The translations under genes and the position numbers were made by a program. The notes beneath the pieces are model-generated. The model was not told where the DNA came from. It did not search any database and saw only the letters and a program-made list of their open reading frames with translations. From Octopus sinensis (lineage: Eukaryota), in the NCBI RefSeq assembly GCF_006345805.1, contig NC_043020.1, forward strand, positions 22,320,001-22,384,000: a stretch of DNA of 64,000 nucleotides, read 5' to 3'. Of the stretch, positions 22,561 through 36,195 are shown piece after piece (position 1 is the first letter of the stretch; every line of letters begins with the position of its first letter).

Positions 22561-24127
22561 TTTGAAGTTATCCATCGAAATGTGGGTCGCACTACTAGAG
22601 GGAATTCAAGGTAAATTTTCATTAGGTTTACCATTTAGAAAGTCTCATGGGCCACAGTTTGCCTTGGACATTCTTTAGAACATTGAGGTACCCATCCTGG
22701 AACTCGCCCAGCTCCATACTTGTAGTGTTTCTGTATATGTTGATTTTCATCAGCTTAAATGAAATATTAATGGACTTAATCTTGTTAGCCTTGGAGGACC
22801 TGCAAATGCCATGGGTCCATCCCTGCTCCCTTCAGGCCTACCTGGTGGGCGAGATGGGTAGACTTAATGTGTTAACATCCCCAACTGGCGTGTTAGCGGT
22901 CTTTCACAAAGTCTTTTCTGTTGTCAGTGCTCGGAGCAAATGTCTTGTTTTCAGGAAACCTCGCCTCTCTCTCACCAGTCTTGGAGGTATTTAAAAAAGT
23001 CATGGGCCATATTCTTCGTGTCTGACTATCCAACAATATGAAAAATAAAAATGGTTGAAAAATCAAGAATATGACCCAAATTGCTTATGACTAATTAAAA
23101 TTCTGCCAATTAGTCAACTTACCACACCTAACTGGTTTTAAGTCTTGGTGTAATTGCTTCAAATCTCATGAGAAAATTTTCCCAATTCTCATTAATACCA
23201 TTGATGAGAAGGTGGTGGTGGTGTTTAAGTAGGCAAAAGGTAAAATCTAACACCAAGAACAAGGAATAATTCCCTCTGTTGGGCTTCCACCATTAGCAGA
23301 AATGCCGATGCTTTTATCAGGCTTCCACACAGTTTCCGTCTATCAAATTTCATCCCTGAAGGCATTGGTCAACCTATGGCCATGTTAGACAACACTTGCT
23401 AGAGGTTCCACACTGTAGGATTGAACCTGGAACAACTAGGTTTTGTGGAGAACTTCTTAAACACACAGCCGTATTTATTGCCAGTTTGGTGTGTGACATG
23501 ATGATGATGAGACTCGTGATGGTTGTAATGATGACTCATGATGATGATGATGATAACTTAGATGTCGTTACATGTGAAAGGTTTCAAGTGAAGATAAGAA
23601 GTAGTTAACCTGAATTGTTCATTTTATGTTAAGTAGTTCTCACTTATCATCAATGAACAAACACCACCACCATGATGACGATGACCACCATCACGACTAT
23701 GATGACCAGCACCACCCACTCGTTTTTTTCTCTATAAAGCGACAGGCATTTATGTGCAACACACCCACACACGTTGAGTTTTGTTATTACATGATCAAGA
23801 ACAACAATGTCAAGAGGTAATCAAATGACTGGTGGTTGGGAGGGGGGGTGAAGTGGAGGATGTGTTTTCGTCTGCAGAAAGGTTGGAGTGGGTGGGGAAG
23901 GCAGTGTAAATGGTAAGTGGTGTGAGTGGCAGTTGTGGGTATCTTGTTGAATATTGAAAGCAGTGGATTCTTTTAGTTCTGTCATCTGTCTGTCCATCTT
24001 TCTGTGTAAAATGGAAACTTCCACCCTATATATATATAGACTACAGGAAATAGTCTAATATTGGGATATATATTTACAAAATTTTCAATCTTGACTTACA
24101 TAGAAAAAGCACACACATCCACAAATA

Positions 24128-24164
<37 letters not shown>

Positions 24165-24199
24165 GTGTATATATATATATATCTCCACACACACATACC

Positions 24200-24448
24200 T
24201 AAAATCAAAATAAGAAACAGGATATCATGTAGTGATGCAGTATGACCGTTTCAAGCGGCTCCATTTAATTGAACAATGCAATTATTACATCAATTTCAAT
24301 GCAGTGCTATCTTCAGCTGCACAAAATATAGAATTTTTTAACAAGTAGGACACTTTAATATAATTTTTCTTAAATAGTTTAAATGGAGCCACTTGAAATG
24401 ATCGTACAGCATTGCTACTTGATATCCTGTTGCTTATTTTGATTTTAT
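24200..24448. mobile_element. MITE-like element with ~68-bp imperfect TIRs
   Basis: AAAATCAAAATAAGAAACAGGATATCA...GGCTCCATTTAA mirrored at the right end. Confidence 0.7.
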
Positions 24449-24699
24449 TCACCTTTGAGCTGTGTGGATAATACCAGATTGACCTGGTGGTTCAACTGAA
24501 GTAGCCAATTCAACTGTATCTTATATAGTTGTGGATTGCATCATAATCCTGATTACTGGACTATATATAACTGCTTCACCTAAATGTCAGTTTTGTATTA
24601 TTTGAATATATGTCTAAATAATTTCTAATAGGTTATAACTTACATATTTCTCCTACATGTACAACTCTGTAATTCCTATGCCAGTGCATCATAACCGGC

Positions 24700-25095
24700 C
24701 CATTTAAGAGTACCCTTCAATCTTTGAGCAATAAACTGTGCTTGCGAAGACCTGTTGAGTCAAGTGAAGTAATTGTCATGGCTGATGCCAGTACTGCCTG
24801 CCTGGCCCTTGTGCCGGTGGCACATAAAAAGCACCCACTATACTTTCAGAGTGGTTGGTGTTAGGAAGAGCATCCAGCTGTAAAACCCATGTCAAATAAC
24901 CAAAACTGACCTCACCTGTGCTTGTGTCATGTAAAATGCACTCAGTCCACTCTGCTGGGTGGTTGGTGTTAAGAAGGGTGTCCAGCTGTATAAACAAACA
25001 CAGAAGCCTGGTGTGGTTTTCTGCCTGGTCAGCTCCTGCCAAACTGTCCAACCCATGCCAGCATGAAAGGCAGATGTTAAACAATGATGATGAAA
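24700..25095 (+). mobile_element. RTE 3'-end-derived short repeat
   Basis: TTAGGAAGGGCATCCAGC...CCAACCCATGC...GATGTTAAA-(GAT) core. Other copies about 26060-26185(-), 33420-33542(+), 37140-37345(-), 46258-46560(-). Confidence 0.75.
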
Positions 25096-26369
25096 TATAC
25101 ATGGGTTGAACTGTCTGATGGTATTTGATGGCATGATATCTCCAGCTGGATGCCCTTCCTAGTGCCAACCATTTTATACATTGGTCTTTTCACCATCATT
25201 TTGTGAATACTAAGAAAAAAAGAAGGGAAGTTGTTTACATTGATCCTAGCACTCAACTTGTACTTATTTTATCGAACCCCCCCACTCGCTTACAAAAGGG
25301 TGACAGGCAAAGTTGACCCTGCAAAGATGATGGGCTAAGTCAACCTTGGTGGCATTTGAACTCGGAACAAAAAACCAGAAGAAATATCACCATGCACTTT
25401 ATCCAGAATGTTAACAATTCTGCCAACTCACCACTTTGACATCAACAGATGTATTTCTTTATTGCCCACAGGGGACTAAACATAGAGGGGACAAACAAGG
25501 ACAGACAAAGGGATTAAGTCAATTACATTGACCCCAGTGCATAACTGGTACTTATATAATGGATCCCGAAAGGATGAAAGGCAAAGTTGACCTCAGCAGA
25601 ATTTGAACTCAGAACATAATGGCAGACGAAATACTGCTAAGCATTTTACCCGGTGTGCTAACGATTCTGCCAGCTCACCACCCTATCAACAGATATATTA
25701 ACGTTATTATTATCCACCCTCAAAATGTCGTCATCATCATCATCATAGTCAACCCTTCACCACCTTTCTCTTTTCGTTTCCTTGTTATTCAAACTTAAAC
25801 AAACATTAACTTCCTTATATTACAAGTGTAGGGGTGGGGGCGTAAATGTATCTTCGTGTGTCAATGATTATTGTTAAACAAACAGTTGGAAACGTCTTTA
25901 CCATTGGCAGACATTCTTGGCAGTCAGTCGGTGCATGGTACGACATCAGCAGCAGAATTTTAGAGTGTGTCATGTGATCCTCTGTAATCAAGCAGAGTTG
26001 TCTTTGGTGTCAGTCAGTATTTAATGTTAAGCCCCCCCCCCCCCCCCGGTATCATCCATCATCATCATTTAAAGTCTGGTATGGGTTGGACGGTTTGATA
26101 GGAGCTGATGAGGCAGAGAATTGAACCAGGTTCCATTTGTCTGTTTCGGCATGGTTTCTATGGCTGAAAGCCCTTCCTACTGCTAGCATTTAGCCATGAC
26201 AAAATGTGAGGAGAGAGTATAAAGTGGTTGGTAGAGAAGCAGAGGTAAAGGTTGAGAGGATCTTGATGACTTGGTCCCCTCTCTGCTATTGGTGCCAAAT
26301 TTAAACATATTCAATCCATTCTGTAAATTGGTTGGTTTTGGGATGGCATTAGAAATGATGACAAAAATG

Positions 26370-26890
26370 GTATGTATGAACTGTAATACCCATCATGACT
26401 ACCCATCTAATAAGGGTACACCAGGCATATGCATCATAACCATATGTGTGTAACATGATGATCTCATATCAAGATAAACAGCGCATGACCTTACAGATGG
26501 GGCCCAGTTAGAATTTTCTTCAGGTTGTGTAGCCCATCCCACTCAAAATGTCCCTGAATAAGGGTTGTTTAAGGATGATGAACGAACCACCCATGTTTCT
26601 TGAGGTGAATTATTCAAACCCCAAAGAATTCCTCTCAACACATAGCTATGATGCTCTTCCACTACTTCTGCTTGTGATCAGAGATGCATATATTGTCAGC
26701 TACTAAGGGACATGCTCAACTGGTTAAGGTCAAGCAACTGACAAGCAAATCTGTGGTATTGAGCAGAATATTTGCTGTAGCCCATCTTTTATACCAAGAC
26801 AAAACAATGTACATGATAGCACTTTCAATCATTTAAGATCAGAAGCCATGACAGTCACTGCCTGGTACTGCATTTATTATTAGGGCATTT
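26370..26890. repeat. ~520-bp unclassified interspersed repeat next to (TAT)n
   Basis: Second colinear copy at about 54747-55190. Confidence 0.8.
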
Positions 26891-26919
26891 ATTATTATTA
26901 TTATTATTATTACTATCAA

Positions 26920-27838
26920 GGTGGCGCCTGGCAGAATTGCTAGCTTGTTGGGGAAAATGCTTAGCAGCATTTTGTCCGTCTTCATGTTCTGAGTTCATAT
27001 TCTGTTTGAGTCGACTTTGCCTTTCATCATTGTGGGGTCGATAAATTAAGAACCAGTGAAACACTGGGGGGTCAATGTAATCAACTCACCCCCTCTCAAA
27101 GTTGCTGCCCTAGTCACAAAATTTGAAACCATTAATATTATTATTATTATTATGGTGACGAGCTGGCAGAAATGTTAGCATGCCAGGCAAAATACTTGTG
27201 GTATTTCGACTGTTCTTACATTCTGAGTTCAAATTCTGTCGAAGCTGATTTTGCCTTTTATCCTTCTGGGGTTGATAACTTAAGTACCAGTGAAACATTG
27301 GGGTCAATGTAATCGACTAGTCTCCACACCCCCCAAATTTCAGGCCTTGTGCCTTTAGTAGAAAGGATTGTTGTTGTTGCTATTAATGTGGCAAGTTGGT
27401 AGAATTGTTAGAGCATTGGAAAAATAGCTTGATATTCTAACTCATTATGTTCTTAGTTCAAATCCTGCTGAGGTTGACTATGCCTTCTATCCTTTCAGGG
27501 TTGATAAAATAAATACCAGTCAACTATTGGGGATTAATGTAATCAACTACCCCCTCCCCTCCAAATTATTGGTCTTCTGCAAAAATTGGTATTATTAATC
27601 TCATTGAACTAGAATATGGTAAATTGGCAGAATCTTTAGCGTGCTGGACAAAATGCCTACTGGCATTTCATCTATCTTGATGTTCTGAGTTCAAATTCTG
27701 CCGAGATAGACTTTACCATGTCAATAAAATAAGTACCAGTTTAATACTGGGGTTGATGTAATCAACTAGACCCTACCTCTTCACCAAAATTTCAATCCTT
27801 GTGACTATTGCAGAAAGGATTATTATTATTATTATTGG
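26920..27838 (+). mobile_element. Head-to-tail array of four ~230-bp tRNA-like SINEs
   Basis: Each unit: TGGCAGAA (A-box-like) ... GAGTTCAAATTC (B-box) ... GAAAGGATT-(ATT)n. Confidence 0.85.
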
Positions 27839-28513
27839 ATAATGTAGTCTTAGGCAGACCATGTCTGCCAAAAAAAAAAAAAACTTCAAAAAGGCTCAAA
27901 AATATCTAGATGATCATGGCAGGAATGCCTTTGATCAAAGGTCTGTGTGATTAAGGTTGAACAGTAACAGCATTAAGAAGAATATCTTAAATAATGGATC
28001 ACAATAAGAATCCACTCTCATCAATCCTGCCCCCCACCCCCCGACACTGTCTTTTCTGTTGTTTTGCCACCCATTTCTGTTTTTTGGTCATTTCTGTTTT
28101 TATTAATTCCCTAGTTGTTTTTTAAACATCTTACTCTTATTTCTGTTTTTTTACTTCTGTTTTATTAATGCTGTTTTTTTGCATCTTTTAGCATTTCTGC
28201 TGTTTGGTCATTTCTGTTTTTCTTTGTATCTTCTTTTAGTGTTTCTATTTTTTGTTTTTTGCCAATTCTGTTTTGTATGTTATTTAAATACTTTTCATCA
28301 TTCTTTCTTTCCATGTCCTTGTTTCATTTTTTAATTTTTACCATTGTTGGACAACTATGTCATTCTTGTTTCTCCCAACATGTCTTTTCTAGTTTTTCCT
28401 CTCACCATTTTGTTTTATTTTCATTGTTCCTCCTATCCGCCACCCGACTCTTTTTTTTCTCTGTTCTTTCCCACCTCTGCATCATTCTCTCCATTCTTTT
28501 ATTCCTGCCACAG

Positions 28514-28595
28514 GGCTTCGACTATTCAAGAAGTGGTAACCCAACCAGGAACTGCCTCGAGAAGTGCATTGCCTCACTTGAAGGAGCCAAACATG
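28514..28595 (+). CDS. CTH: CTH exon 2 (GFDYSRSGNPTRNCLEKCIASLEGAKH)
   Basis: CAG acceptor, GTGAGT donor, YSRSGNPT motif; 82 nt. Confidence 0.97.
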
Positions 28596-30584
28596 GTGAG
28601 TACCACCTGCTTTAAGATTATTTCTTGGTCATTCAGTACCTTTATGAGGGTCTACCATGTAAATATTTGTGGAGTTTGGGTGCACATCTCTTGTTTGAGG
28701 ATAACTTCACTCCTTTCCTTTCACCCATCGCAGAAATTCCTTTAAAGGGTCAATGGTACAGCCCTTTCTTCCCTAACTAAGTCGCATAAAATGAAAATAC
28801 TCCTTGTAAATACTGCTTTCAAATTTTGGCACAAGGCCTGCGGTTTTGGGGGCAGTGTTAAGTTGAGTATTTCATCAACCCTGAAAGGATGAAAGGCCAA
28901 GTTGACCTTGGCCAAATTCGAACTCCAAACATAAAGACAGACAAAAGACCTCTAAGCTTTTTGCCTGGCATGCTAACGAGCCTGCCAACACCTCACCTTA
29001 CTGTCCTTTTATGCAAGTGGAAATGAGTACATCTAATAACACAAACTCCTTATAAATACCACATAGTGAAACAAGTTCGTCTCATATGAATTATATTTCT
29101 TGTAAAGATGGTTGTGTTTGTCCCTACCATGACCATCCTGTCTTACTTTATAACAATATATTCAAAACTACGTTTTACATGAAGTCATTCTTTTTTTTCC
29201 GTCCTACTCCCCAAGTTGGTAAAGTGTGTGGATTGAGAGGAATTTGGCTGCTATATCTAGCAAATTGAGCAACCACATAGAGGCTTCTTTGTTGAATTGT
29301 ATTTGCATGTGTTTGTATATCTGCATGTTTATCTGTGTGTGTGTGTGTGTGTGTCAGCATATTCAGGTGAATGTTTGTGTCCATATGTATATGTTTGTGT
29401 TGGCATGTGTGTGTATATGCCTACTTGTTGTTTACCTCTGTATTTTCCAATACGTATGTTTACCTGTTTGTGTGCTTATCTGGAAATGTCTGTCTGTTTG
29501 TCTCTCTCTACTTGAAATTCAACCTACAACCACTTTTCTTTACTCTCTGCATCTTTTTTTTTTTGGCTTTTGTCTTATTTTTTTCTGTTGCTGTTTTTGC
29601 CCCTCCTCCTTCCAATTGTTTGTTACAAAAATCATTTGGCCTAGATGTGTGTGTGTGTGTGTGTGTGTGTGGTGCAATTCATTTTATATATATATATATA
29701 TATATAAAATGAATTGCACTACACACATCTAGGCCAAATGATTTTTGTAACAAACAACTGGATGGAGGAGGGGGTTGTTTTGTTTGCTACTACTTAGTAG
29801 TAGCAAACTTAGAAAACAAACAAAACAACCCCCTCCTCCCTCCAGTTGGGGCTAAACAAAAACAATGAATTGTGTGTGTGTGTGTGGTGCAATTTATTTT
29901 AGTGAAAAGGATGGGGACTTCATAATGTAGAAATCCCATTGCTGGATCATGCTGGTGGTGTTGGTGTTAATGTTGCTGCTCTTGTTTTTGTTTAGCCCCA
30001 GGCCAGCACAGTTCATGTTGACCTACAATCAAAAGTATGTCAGCTGTGACCATTTCTGAAAAATGACTTTCCTTTGATAAAATTGTCTTGTTGATCAACA
30101 ACACTTGAAAACAGCCATGAATTAGGTACTACCTGTTGACTGTCCTAAAAAAATGGCCAGTGAAAGATCCCTTGGCAGCAGGCATTTCAAGATGACCTCA
30201 AGATATTTGACATTATGTAGAATGGATGTGCAAGTGTAGTATTAGACCAGACTTGGTGGATGGAGTTTGGTTCCTCATTTGCTGAGCAGCACAGGAGAAC
30301 CGAAATTAGAAAAAAAACAGATTAAACTTCATTTACTGACATTAAACAAACTTTGCCCTATTTTGTCCCTAATTAAGGACAACAACTGCCAAAAGACCTT
30401 ATTTACAGTCAGTTTCACTCAGTTTGCAATTTTTCTTTATAAAAATACAAAAATATTACTCTTTAAGAGGAACTCTAGGAGTGGTGGTCACTTACAAAAA
30501 CTGTTACAATGAAAAAAAAAATCAAATAAAACAAACAATTATGCTAATTTTTTATTATTTATTTGTTTATTTTTTTGTTTCCAG

Positions 30585-30680
30585 CATTGTGCATGGCATC
30601 AGGTTTGGCAGCAAATGATTTGGTAACAAGACTATTAAAGGCTGGAGACCACATTGTTAGTATGGACGACATGTATGGAG
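30585..30680 (+). CDS. CTH: CTH exon 3 (ALCMASGLAANDLVTRLLKAGDHIVSMDDMYG)
   Basis: Poly-T tract plus CAG acceptor, GTAAGT donor, phase 1/1; ASGLAA and DDxYGG motifs. Confidence 0.96.
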
Positions 30681-31514
30681 GTAAGTGATGGATTGTTTGG
30701 ATTTTATGCCTACCTAAAGTTCGCTGATAATATATGTATACTCTACTAACATGCCAAAGACCAACATGGGGGCTCATTGGGTCAACTTGACATCTGCATT
30801 TTATCCAAGTACCCAAAGGACCCAACACTCAAACAAGTACAAGAGTATGACCTCATTAATGAAATATCTCCAGTACTAAAGAGGAAATATAAATAGGTGT
30901 CATATCCCAATACCAACAATTTATATATACACACAGTGTTGTTTGTAGGCGTTAGTGTGTATAAATATATGTATTTGTGTGTGTGTGTATATATATGTGT
31001 GTGTGTGTGGATACATATATGGACAGATAGATATACAGATAAATAGGTAATATGAACAGACAGGTACATACACACATACATACAAATGAAGACTAAAACA
31101 CATGACCATATACACTTGCACACTTCACACAGATACATGGAGACACATCCATACATAAGACGCACATAGTCACACAGACACTCGAACAAGCACACACAAG
31201 GAGACAGAGGTACACACATACCAACACGCACACACATGCATGCACATACAGCCAGCCAAGTAGAAAAGAAAGCCTAGGGTAGTTTTTCTACCTGACCGGA
31301 TCCTGTCAATTGTCCTACCCAGGCATGCATGGAAGATGGATGTTAAAAGATGATGAAACATATGATGGGCTTCTTTCAGTTTTCATCTACCAAATTCACT
31401 CACGAGGCTTTGGTCGGTCCAAGGCTATATAGTAGAAGGTGCCATGCAGCGGGAGTGAACCTGGAATCAAAAGGTTGTGGAGCAAGTTTCTAACCACACA
31501 GTCATGCCTACACT

Positions 31515-31551
<37 letters not shown>

Positions 31552-32622
31552 ACATACATGAAATGTATTTATGTATGTTTGTATGTATTTCCCCCCCCTC
31601 TTTAATGTAAAGTTAATTTTGATTAACTCTAAATTTTACTAATTAACTTTAATTTTGTAGCATGGTTGTTATGGAAAGCAATGTTTTGGTCAACAGTCTT
31701 TAAATCTCAAAATGGTTTTGCAGATTTCTCTAGTCCCAGATATCATGACCATTTGTAACTTGTGAATTAAGAGTTTGTGTTCTCTCCCCAATTAAACAAA
31801 TTTTTGCCATATTTTACTCCAGACTGGCTGGTATGTATTCTGTTGATCCAGTAATAATGGGTATGAAACTGAAAGTATCTTGGGGACTGGATTTATAAAC
31901 TCCTTATCAAGGGCCCGTTAGATGTTGTCATTCTCATGTATTTTTTCTGGCCACATTGGTGTCCAGAGAGCGGCTGATTACCACAATGGAGCATATTTTG
32001 TTGTTGTTTTTTCCCCACAACAATACCTGGCTGGTTGTGTTTTCACTTGGCTGTTCTACCAATATTTTTTAATTTGCATGCATGTGTGTGTGATATGTGT
32101 ATATTGTCATCATACACATATATATATATATGTAATATGTATTAGCTGTGGGTTTTTGAATCCCAAGCTATTGCAGCACATTATCCTCACTCTAGATGGT
32201 ATGGGTAGGACTTTTGGAACAGTGCAAGTGTGACAATCTGTTAGTGCTGGCAGTATGGTATAATACCGCTTCAGTCTATGTTGTAAAGCAGTTGCTGTTA
32301 TGAAGGGTTTTCAGCCATAGAAACCACACCAAGATCTGGGTTGTACGAGCAAGATGTGGTTCTCTGACCCATGCTGGAAGTTAGTAACTGTAAATCATAA
32401 TTGATAAATTATGACTACTCATCAAACACATGCCAGCATGGGAAGCAGACATAAATCACTGTTGCTGTTTATTTCATTTCTTGTCCTTTTTCCATGTTGC
32501 CATGAACTGGTCTAGACTTCTGGGGTCACTACTTTACAGACAGACACTCTTTCTGGCCTTGACCCCTAAGATCCTATTTTATTCCAGTGCTCTTCATTTT
32601 CTCTTCTTCTTATGTACTGCAG

Positions 32623-32729
32623 GAACTAATCGTTACTTCCGTACAATGGAACAGCTTGGAATCTCAATTACGTTTGTCGATGCCACCGACATTAATAAGT
32701 TTGCAGCAGCATTTCAAGAAAACACAAAG
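32623..32729 (+). CDS. CTH: CTH exon 4 (GTNRYFRTMEQLGISITFVDATDINKFAAAFQENTK)
   Basis: CAG acceptor, GTAAGG donor; GTNRYF and FVD motifs. Confidence 0.96.
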
Positions 32730-35700
32730 GTAAGGGGGATTGAGAGGGAAGGGGAGGGGCAATGTTTTTTTTTATGTTCTTTGTTTGATATTTTTTTTAT
32801 TGTTTCTTTCAATATCCTTGTTTTGTCTTGGAACAGTTCTGCTGATTTCACTTATTCTCACCCTTCCCACCACTATCTTTTTATTTTCTTAGTATATTAC
32901 TGGTATAGTTGGTACCATGTAAAAAGCACCAAGTACACTTTATAAAGTGGTTGGCATTAGGAAGGGCTGTTTTATATTTTTGAGATGAGGAATTCTGTAC
33001 ATTACTTACATATGCCCATGGGCATATAGTATAATGGTTAAGAGCACGGGCTACTAACCCTAAGATTGCAAGTTCAGTTCCAGGCTGTGCCTTGAATAAA
33101 TAATAATAATAATAATAATTAATTCTTTTATTGGCCACAAGGGCTGACAAAAATCAATTATTACATAAAGGGACAAAACAAGACGAAAGGTTACAAAGGG
33201 TTTTGTCCGTTTGTGAAAAAAAACGTGTAAAAAAGCAGTTTAACAATCAAAAATTATAACAACAAAAAAAAACTCCCAATAGGGGTAATAATATCAGCAA
33301 AAATACCTTCGGAACGAGAACCCAGGACACCTGGGTGAAGGATGGAGAGAAAATCAGGTGAAACGTTGTGGTAACAACAAACAAGATGAGGACACGTATC
33401 TGTCCAATGTAAATAATGTATTAGGAAGGGCGTCCAGCTGTAGAAACTCTGCCAGATCAGACGACTGGAACCTGGTCAGCTCCTGTCAAACCGTCCAACC
33501 CATGCCAGCTTGGAAATCGGATGTTACATGATGATGATGATAATAGTGTCATGCTTGTCTTGACATGCTTAGCTTTTTCTTTCCCTCTTGCGTCCATTTG
33601 GAGGTGAAATCAGCACTAAAAAAACCCCCCAAAAAACAACCTAATCCCAGTAAACACTCATCAATTCTACAATGATCCCACTGTTTACAGTTGTTACGAT
33701 ATGGTACCAGTTTACTGCTACAGAAACTTCCTAGCAGCAACAGAAATAATCCTCCTTTACATATTTGAGACTTGGGCTGTTACCAAGTCCAAAGTCCATT
33801 GATTCAGATGCTGTTGAGGGCCCTCGACTATAGCTGGATGTAGAAAGTGGCCTACGAATCTCTTTCCTCTGTCATTGACCAACGAAATAGCAGAAAGATG
33901 GTTGCAGTTTGGTGAGCATTGAGTCTGACCCTTGACCCCAGAGAGTGATGATTTGTTGTTAGAAAGCCAAAACGAAAACTCTAATGGAATGGAGAGGCTG
34001 GAGAAGTGCTGCTGACCTTGGGTCTCTGTGGTTCCACTGTCATTGTGGTCAACACAGTTACAAATTGGAGGTAATGGAAGACTTACTTACAGCTTAGATA
34101 TACTGGGTCATTTGGGAATCCTGGACACTATACTAGAGATGTAACTTTGGTAGCTGTGTATTATACTGAGCTGGGCATCCATGATTTTTACGTTGGTGCG
34201 GTTACCTGTTTTAACCTGTAACAAAGAGGCCCGAAAATCTGACGATGTGTTGGTTTGGGGTTATCATATGTAACTGATGATAATGATTCTTGCTGAGTAT
34301 GTCTTCCTGTTGAAAAGTGTGTAACTCAAAGGCGAAGTTTCAAACAACATGATTTATTTTCGTTACATTTACAATTATAAATCGACCACGTCAGATCAAT
34401 GAAGATCAACATATAATTTTAACTGTTATGCATTTGTTGATGATGTGCTTAGCCTTTTGGAATTACTAGTGAGGGAAAGGGTAATCTGTAAATGTGGTAA
34501 GCATAATAATTAGATTAATTAATGTCGGTGTGAAACAAACGAGTGGGGGAGAAAGGAGAGATGATTACAGTAGGTTTCGTTTGACCCAGTGACATCATTT
34601 TTCGTTCAGCCTCAAAACCATCTGCAACAGCCTGTTACGATCGCAAGCAGGGAATTGACCCCTTTGGCTGGTCAGTTGGTCGTATTTATAACAATCTGCA
34701 GTCGATAGAAAGATGGACAAAACGTAGCCAAATATTCAGGTTAGATCCGGTTCATCTGAACTTAATTTCACCAAGCTGGTCATTAAAAACTCATCAAACA
34801 TTGTTTCAATTGATAGGACAAAGAATTTTGGGGCAAAAGTGTGACCAGTAATTCTGAGATGCGATTTCAAATCTCAGGCAAGAGAACTGATATTCGTTCT
34901 TTATAAACCATTACTATTTTGATTATTCTGCCAAATTAAATTCTTATTTATTCAAACTGTTTTGAATTAATCATGCATTATCGCATAGCTTTGAGATTTT
35001 GATGGTGTCATTGTATATTTTTAGAAAAACATTGTAGGGTAAGTGGGAGAGGCCAGATCTTGACAGTTTGAACATAAAACAATATTTGAGCTGGGTGAGG
35101 CCGCTTTAAGTGCTAAAGAGTTAAATGTTGTGGAGAACATAGGAAGAAGTGGTGAGATTAAACCTCAGGTAAAGAAAGACATTGGGATGGTCAGTCTTCA
35201 TTTTGTTAACTTTGCTCACAAAAGTCTTGGTTTTGCCCAAATTGTGAACTGTGACCGTTACAAATTTGGCCACTTCAGGGTCATTACTTGTTCAGCTGAT
35301 GTCTTTTACTGAGTGTGATCATGCTTGTAAGATCTCCATGACCAGACAATTGGTCATGGGTAACTTATGTCCATTGTTAGACCACATGCTGTAACTAGTT
35401 GGAACTACTGGACATGATTAGTTTATGTCCATCTCTGGACTGCTGGACATCATTCCCAGCTTTTGTTATTGAGTCACTGTTCTTTAGTAACTTTACATCA
35501 CTGACCAATCACTGTTGGCCTTGACCAGCTCATATCCATTACTGCACCACAGGCCTTGGCTATCTCACTGGACTGCTGTTACCAGCTCATTTATCATCGA
35601 TCCACTGTCTCTAAGAATCTAGTGACCATCCCTCCATCACCTCCAACTTGTAACTGTGTTGACCACAATGACAGTGGAACCACAGAGACCCAAGGGTCTC

Positions 35701-36063
35701 ATTGTAATAGCCACACCGACTGTTTATCATTTGCTGGTCATAGAAATTTCATTTACTTATTTATGAAGAGGTGTGTGTGTCCCCTAAGTAGTTACATTAG
35801 ACTTACAATCAGAGGGTTTGGGTTTCAATTCTTGAACCAGGCAGCACATTGTGTTCTTGGACAGAACACTTCATTTTATGTCACTTCAGTCCACTCAGCC
35901 AAAAATGAGATGCTGACCTTGTGATGGACTCACATCCCTTTCAATGGGGCTGGTACTGTATATTCAGTTGCTTTTGCTCCAGGAACACTGCTATAAGCTT
36001 CAAAATAAATCCTATTAATTTTTTTTTACATATTTATTTCCTTCTTTATTTTTACTCTCCCAG

Positions 36064-36195
36064 CTTGTTTGGATTGAGACTCCCACCAACCCATTAATGA
36101 AAGTTGTTGACATTGCTGCTGCTTGTAAAGTGACCAAAGAGAAATCTGATGCCATTGTTGCTATTGACAACACATTTTGCTCTCCTTACTTCCAG
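36064..36195 (+). CDS. CTH: CTH exon 5 (LVWIETPTNPLMKVVDIAAACKVTKEKSDAIVAIDNTFCSPYFQ)
   Basis: CAG acceptor, GTAAAT donor; 132 nt, phase 0/0; WIETPTNP and DNTF motifs. Confidence 0.97.

Noticed and set aside
22570-23040. Coding-like stretch after the Tc1 fossil
   Set aside because: No recognisable motif in any frame; contains stops.
25860-26030. Possible alternative first exon of CTH (TCAGTC motifs, ATG)
   Set aside because: Short ORF ends in a stop, with no convincing donor and no similarity to CTH.
26920-27838. Regularly spaced repeats resembling a CRISPR-like array
   Set aside because: Whole ~230-bp units are homologous SINEs with no unique spacers; eukaryotic context.
32430-32945. 171-aa ORF as a standalone gene (also 28259-28745, 41213-41968, 45722-46111)
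   Set aside because: Single CTH exons extended into intron sequence; explained by the spliced model.
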